From Faecousia sp. (lineage in GTDB: Bacteria; Bacillota; Clostridia; Oscillospirales; Oscillospiraceae): a stretch of DNA of 64,000 nucleotides. The position numbers were made by a program, and so were the translations under genes. Below, piece by piece: positions 59,635 to 64,000 of the stretch (within the stretch, counting starts at the first letter, position 1; each line of letters opens with the position of its first letter). The stretch covers positions 293 through 64,292 of the forward strand of contig JAZLCU010000026.1 of NCBI GenBank assembly GCA_045614325.1, given 5' to 3'. The notes below the pieces were generated by a model. It had not been told where the DNA came from. It did no database searches and worked only from the letters and a program-made list of their open reading frames with translations.

Positions 59635-59688
59635 CCCCTACAATAAATTAGAAAATTCCAGCTTATCAATTTTCCTCTTTTGCCCAAA
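59635..59688 (-). promoter_or_regulatory. Phage bipartite motif copy C
   Basis: GGGC-N28-TTCTA..GTAGGGG upstream of the RHH-DUF5659-rep unit. Confidence 0.5.
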
Positions 59689-59747
59689 GTTCGGTGCAGC
59701 CTAACCATTTTTATCTAAGTTTTTTTCACTCTAGCGCGCTCCAACCC

Positions 59748-59775
59748 TTGACAACTCCCAATTACTGCATATAAT
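59748..59775 (+). promoter_or_regulatory. sigmaA promoter for two plus-strand phage genes
   Basis: TTGACA-N16-TATAAT. Confidence 0.72.
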
Positions 59776-59822
59776 GTACAGTAGCACATACCCAAATTTT
59801 AACAATAAGAGAGGAATTTATT

Positions 59823-60035
59823 ATGGCTAACAAGTATTTCACAGTTAAAACCGATGCCAAGAGCGGCAAGCAGATTGTCACTATTGACGCTAGCGTTATT
59901 CCCACTCAGGCAGAAAAGGATGTAGCACAGATGTATGTTGCTACCGGCGCTACTGTGCGTTTCAAGAGCGAGGCTCGCGCAACTATCGCTAGACAGCGCG
60001 CTAAGAAAAACGGCTTTGGTGCTAAAAAGGGCTAA
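59823..60035 (+). CDS. Small basic hypothetical protein (TAG-free)
   Basis: GAGGA RBS, 70 aa, Lys/Arg-rich C-terminus. Confidence 0.68.
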   Translation: MANKYFTVKTDAKSGKQIVTIDASVIPTQAEKDVAQMYVATGATVRFKSEARATIARQRAKKNGFGAKKG

Positions 60036-60044
60036 TATTAACTT

Positions 60045-60341
60045 ATGGATTTTAAGAATTTACAGTACGAAAAGGTAAAGTTCCCTTTAACCGATAAGGA
60101 ATTAGCCGAATTTTACAAGACATTAAACAAGATTGATTTTGGCTACTTCGAACAGTGCCTAGATGCCTCTTGTATCTATGAAGAGGATTTGGAGAAAATC
60201 GCACTTGTTAAGCGTATGTTGGAGCAGTTTAACGATGTTATCCGCCTCCGCCTTATGTGGCTCGAAGATAGTTGCGATGTTGTTTTGCCTTGTGATGAGG
60301 ATTCTATGGATAAAATCCTAGATAAATATTATAATCTCTAA
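60045..60341 (+). CDS. Small acidic hypothetical protein (TAG-free)
   Basis: 98 aa, follows the 59,823 gene; terminator downstream. Confidence 0.65.
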   Translation: MDFKNLQYEKVKFPLTDKELAEFYKTLNKIDFGYFEQCLDASCIYEEDLEKIALVKRMLEQFNDVIRLRLMWLEDSCDVVLPCDEDSMDKILDKYYNL

Positions 60342-60401
60342 GCCTCTAGCAAGCCCTATAAGCCGTTTTAGGCTTACCGGCTATCCCATTACCCTAAAAA
60401 G

Positions 60402-60451
60402 AATAAAACCCCTCTAGCGTGAAAGAAAAAGCCGCTAGAGGGGGTTTTATT
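60402..60451. terminator. Bidirectional terminator-like hairpin
   Basis: aataaaaccccctctagcg...cgctagagggggttttatt. Confidence 0.75.
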
Positions 60452-60590
60452 TTGCTAATCATAACCTATAAGCATATATAGTGCGGTATACACTCTTTAC
60501 CATTCACTAACTATATTTTACCAAAAATTTTTCGCTTTTTCAAATTTGCGCGCTTTAAACCCCCTGCTATTACTAGCAAGGGGTTTTGTT

Positions 60591-61568
60591 TTAGTAGTCT
60601 GTTCTTTTTACTGTAAGTGTGCGCTTTTGCTTACGCTTGATATTATCGAGGGGGTTAAATCTGTCGAAATCTTCCTTTAAGTCTTCGCTAAACAGTTTTA
60701 TGTATCTACGCGTCATATCAAGGGTAGCGTGTCCCAGTATGCGCTGTAGCCGTGCTATATCGCCGTTGTTTCTAATCCAAGCCTTAGCAAAGTTGTGGCG
60801 CAGTCCGTGTATGTTTGTACGCTCTACTTCGCGTTCCTTGCAGTACTTACTAAAAGATAATCTTAGCGCATTTGTGGTTAACTGCTCTTCGCCTACATTA
60901 CAGAACAGCCAAGCGTCTGCACCTGCGTTTCTGCGCCATACTCTAATATACTCTTTAATAGCGGTTTCTAGGCTACTGGAAAGTGGGATTACTTGTGCTT
61001 TCTTGTTCTTAGTATGTCCCAATACAATTTCCTTATTCTTAAAATCAATGTCACCAAGTTTTACATTGCAAATTGTGCTTGCTCTATTGCCCGTACCAAG
61101 CACCCAGTTTACAATGTAGTATGAGCGCCAAGTAGTAAAACTGTCTTGTTTACGGGGCTTTTCCAAGAGCATTTCTAGCTCCTCATCATCAAACAATTTA
61201 ATTTGCTCTTCTTGCGCCTCTATTTCGTGAATCTTAAACACCGGCATATACTCGCGCAGCTCGTCCATACACCAATAGAAAAAGGCTCTACAATCGCGCA
61301 AGTAGTGATTTATAGAGGTTGCCTTTACGCCGTCCAGTTTTAGTGTGTTCGCCCATTCATAGAACATAGACGGCTCTACCTTATCTATTGTGTCTGTTGG
61401 CTCTAGTTCGTGAAATGCCATAAAGAAAGTGTAGGATTGGTTATAGTTGCGTAGGGTTGCTTGGGATTTGTTGCGTCCCTCTTTCTCTGCCATAAACTCT
61501 TCGAAAGCCTCTCCAATGGTTATTGCATCTGCTTCGGCGCTTCTTTTGATTGTTCTTTTAACTCTCAT
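60591..61568 (-). CDS. int: Tyrosine integrase
   Basis: TGNR, K, HGLRH, LGH, TRRY catalytic residues; adjacent to the att repeat. Confidence 0.93.
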   Translation of the reverse strand: MRVKRTIKRSAEADAITIGEAFEEFMAEKEGRNKSQATLRNYNQSYTFFMAFHELEPTDTIDKVEPSMFYEWANTLKLDGVKATSINHYLRDCRAFFYWCMDELREYMPVFKIHEIEAQEEQIKLFDDEELEMLLEKPRKQDSFTTWRSYYIVNWVLGTGNRASTICNVKLGDIDFKNKEIVLGHTKNKKAQVIPLSSSLETAIKEYIRVWRRNAGADAWLFCNVGEEQLTTNALRLSFSKYCKEREVERTNIHGLRHNFAKAWIRNNGDIARLQRILGHATLDMTRRYIKLFSEDLKEDFDRFNPLDNIKRKQKRTLTVKRTDY

Positions 61569-61759
61569 AGTTTTTTCCTTTCTTTTTGTTTGTACCGAAA
61601 AAAGAGGGATAAGTTGGGAAAATCAGCGTTTCCATATGCGAAACACTTATTAACCCCTTGATACTAAAAAAATCAGCGCTTTTAACTTTTCTTTCAAAAT
61701 GTGAATTTACATTGGAAATACTGGGTTTTAACGCTGATTTTTTAGGTTTTTTTGCTAGC

Positions 61760-61802
61760 GCTGATTACAAATCAGCTGCTCTACCAACTGAGCTATACCG
61801 GC
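61760..61802. repeat. att site, right (orphan 5' half of tRNA-Thr)
   Basis: 43-bp identity with 39,786-39,828; lacks T-arm and 3' acceptor strand. Confidence 0.95.
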
Positions 61803-61822
61803 GGCTCAAACAGAACATGCTT

Positions 61823-61851
61823 ATTATAGCCATGCGCACCTCTTTTGTCAA
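61823..61851 (-). promoter_or_regulatory. Original host tRNA promoter, now reading into the integrase
   Basis: Minus-strand TTGACA-N17-TATAAT, 20 nt upstream of the tRNA-Thr 5' fragment. Confidence 0.85.
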
Positions 61852-61995
61852 GCCTTTTTTCTACGCAATTTTAACATTTTAGTGTCCTTTGCAAAAATCG
61901 CAAAATATTCTCCCTCGACTACCTGCGGCTGTTGTTTTTTGTGGGCAAATGTGGTACACTAACCACAATCTTGTTACTTTTCGGAGGCATTTTCC

Positions 61996-63885
61996 GTGAA
62001 AATCGCATCTATCATTCAAAAACTGGCTCGCAGGCTGTCTGTTTGGGTCTACCCCATTGGCTTTGCAACCATTTATGCAGCCTTTTTCCTGATCGAGCTG
62101 GTGGGCTTTTTGCTTTTGAAGCCGCAAGGTCTTACCGCCCTCGCCTTTGGCGCCCTTTGGTCGCTGCTGCTTACCTGCTTCATTTTCTGTCTTCCGCGGC
62201 TGGCTGCCAGAATCACCTTCGGCTTGCTTTATTTTCTGATGCTGCTTTGGACCTTGGCGCAGGTCGGCTATTATCTTTATTTTGGTAAGATGATGTGGCT
62301 TTCCACCATTGGGTACGCCGGCGAAGGCGCGGTCTTTCTGGGCGATGTGCTTGGCGGCTTCCCCTTGCTGTGGTGGCTGGCGCTGATTTTTTTGCTGGGC
62401 TTTGGCGTTGCGATCGTTTGCTTTTTTCCCCGTACGCCAAAGAGTATTTTATGGCGGATCCCCTGTGTCTTGGGCATCGCCATTTCCATCCTTTCCATTT
62501 CTATATTGCCGGAATACATTTTCCAGAGGGACAAGGACATATGGGGAACCAAGTCTGAATATGCCCAATCGTCCTCCTATCGGGCAGCCTACACCACTAT
62601 GTTTGACACCAAGCGAGTCTACGATATGACCGGCATTTATCAGTTGGTTATGCGGGACATTTGGGTCAACGAGCTTTATCCTCACACCCCGGCCTATCAA
62701 AAGGCTCTGAAGCAACAAACCGCGACCATCAACGAGTATTTTGATCAGCGTGGTGAGGCCGCTGACAATGATATGACCGGCTTATTTGCCGGCAAGAATG
62801 TGATCTTGGTGCTGATGGAATCCATTGACGATTGGATGGTCACAGAGCAGGACACGCCCACCATTTCAAAGCTGATGAGTGAGGGCATCAACTTCACCAA
62901 CTTCTACACCCCCGGTTACGGCACCGCCCGGACATTAAATTCTGAGTTTTGCATGAACACCGGCATTTATCTGCCCACCACCGGCCGCTATGTGTTCGAC
63001 TATGTGACCAACGACTTTAATCAGTCCATCGCCTCACAGATGACTACAAACGGCTACAGCAGCTATGTGTTCCACTACAACGATCCGGATTTTTATAGCC
63101 GTGGCGTATTTGAGCCGGCAATGGGCTATGCGGATTATGTGTGCTACGCAGATTACAAGAACGAAAAGAACGCCCTTTACAGCGACACCCTGCTTTTCGA
63201 TCTGCCTGAGGTGAAGGATCTCTTCTTCCGGGAGGGGCAAACCTTTAACACCATCATCACCCGCTCCGCTCACCTGAGCTACAAGTACAACGAGGTCCTC
63301 AGCCACTACGCGCTGAAGCAATACCCCGGGTACAAGGGACTTTACGGCAGCGAGGAAGAGGATTGCGCCCGGGTAAAAGCCAAGCTGGTAGACGATATGT
63401 TCGCCCGGCTTCTGCAGGAGCTGGAGGCTGCAGGTGAGTTAGAAAACACTGTGATCATTGCGATGACCGACCATTACACCTACGGCTACAAAAACATGGA
63501 GGAGTTATATGCCCACTCCGGCGTGGAGGAGGAAATGCTACTGGAAAAGACTCCCTGCTTTATTTGGTCAGCAAACGGTCCGCAGCTGGAGGTCACCAAG
63601 ACGCTGAACACCTCCGATTTTCTACCCACGGTGCTGAATCTTATGGGTATCGATTCTCCCTACAATTACTTGGGGCAGGATGCATTTGACCCTAACTACA
63701 AGGGCTACGCGCTCTTCCCTGACGGCAGCTGGATCTGCAACGGCGTTGCTTATCAAAAAGGAAACATTTTGATGAATCAACAGAATCGGGTCGTTTCCGA
63801 CGAAGAAATAGAGGAGATGGCACAGCTTTCCGAGGAATATCGGAACATCAGCAATCTGCTACTGACCGCCAATTACTACCGATAA
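61996..63885 (+). CDS. LTA synthase family / sulfatase-like membrane protein
   Basis: N-terminal TM helices, KNVILVLMES, T..SEF, HLSY, DH motifs. Confidence 0.85.
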   Translation: MKIASIIQKLARRLSVWVYPIGFATIYAAFFLIELVGFLLLKPQGLTALAFGALWSLLLTCFIFCLPRLAARITFGLLYFLMLLWTLAQVGYYLYFGKMMWLSTIGYAGEGAVFLGDVLGGFPLLWWLALIFLLGFGVAIVCFFPRTPKSILWRIPCVLGIAISILSISILPEYIFQRDKDIWGTKSEYAQSSSYRAAYTTMFDTKRVYDMTGIYQLVMRDIWVNELYPHTPAYQKALKQQTATINEYFDQRGEAADNDMTGLFAGKNVILVLMESIDDWMVTEQDTPTISKLMSEGINFTNFYTPGYGTARTLNSEFCMNTGIYLPTTGRYVFDYVTNDFNQSIASQMTTNGYSSYVFHYNDPDFYSRGVFEPAMGYADYVCYADYKNEKNALYSDTLLFDLPEVKDLFFREGQTFNTIITRSAHLSYKYNEVLSHYALKQYPGYKGLYGSEEEDCARVKAKLVDDMFARLLQELEAAGELENTVIIAMTDHYTYGYKNMEELYAHSGVEEEMLLEKTPCFIWSANGPQLEVTKTLNTSDFLPTVLNLMGIDSPYNYLGQDAFDPNYKGYALFPDGSWICNGVAYQKGNILMNQQNRVVSDEEIEEMAQLSEEYRNISNLLLTANYYR

Positions 63886-63887
63886 CA

Positions 63888-63927
63888 AAGCAAAAAGGCA
63901 GGCACTTATGTGTCTGCCTTTTTTGTT
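63888..63927. terminator. Bidirectional terminator
   Basis: caaaaaggcaggcac-ttat-gtgtctgcctttttg between convergent genes. Confidence 0.75.
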
Positions 63928-63999
63928 TTAAAAGTTACAGATTTCGCCAATTTCGGGTATAATGACCTTCAAATCAGTTGCCTGCGATACCGCTTCTTC
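63928..63999 (-). CDS. C-terminus of a gene cut by the window edge
   Basis: EEAVSQATDLKVIIPEIGEICNF-TAA ending at the terminator. Confidence 0.4.
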   Translation of the reverse strand, partial: EEAVSQATDLKVIIPEIGEICNF

Positions 64000-64000
64000 C

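Larger units (their letters stand above)
39786..61802. mobile_element. ~22 kb siphovirus-type prophage integrated in tRNA-Thr
   Basis: 43-bp direct repeats at both ends, visible drop in GC, integrase, terminase, portal, capsid, tail, lysin and holin genes. Confidence 0.95.

Noticed and set aside
59580-59774. Plus-strand 64-codon frame with an AAGGAG RBS and two TAGs
   Set aside because: Translation is not protein-like and it overlaps motif C and the sigmaA promoter; not counted as evidence for recoding.

Overview
Clostridial (Oscillospiraceae-like) chromosome segment read in standard code 11. Bases 1-38,100 are mostly housekeeping: end of a fucose cluster (fucI, class II aldolase, fucU), trmK-nif3-yebC, ldh, pepT, ackA, tmcAL, a long minus-strand cluster (murD, ispD, ispF, cdaA, cdaR, yicC, remA, gmk, rpoZ, priA, def, fmt, rsmB, rlmN, stp, pknB, rsgA), RNase P RNA, coaX and others. 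Downstream of a tRNA-Thr/tRNA-Tyr pair lie small AT-rich genes separated by tRNA-3'-end-derived repeats. An apparently complete ~22 kb AT-rich siphovirus-type prophage (39,786-61,802) is integrated in tRNA-Thr(UGU). Main observation: five early/replication genes of the prophage (RHH protein, DUF5659-like protein, Rep-like protein, a 59-aa protein, a PD-(D/E)xK-like nuclease) are intact only if seven in-frame TAG codons are read as sense, most likely Gln (code 15). The late operon, integrase and all sigmaA-promoter-driven genes have no internal TAG, and I see no suppressor tRNA or cI-type repressor, which suggests an amber-gated lytic switch (hypothesis). The prophage also duplicates the 5' half of the tRNA and thereby swaps consensus promoters with the host, carries a three-copy bipartite promoter-like motif, and has a -1 frameshift in the tail chaperone. 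Product names come from recognised motifs and gene order; no database search was run.
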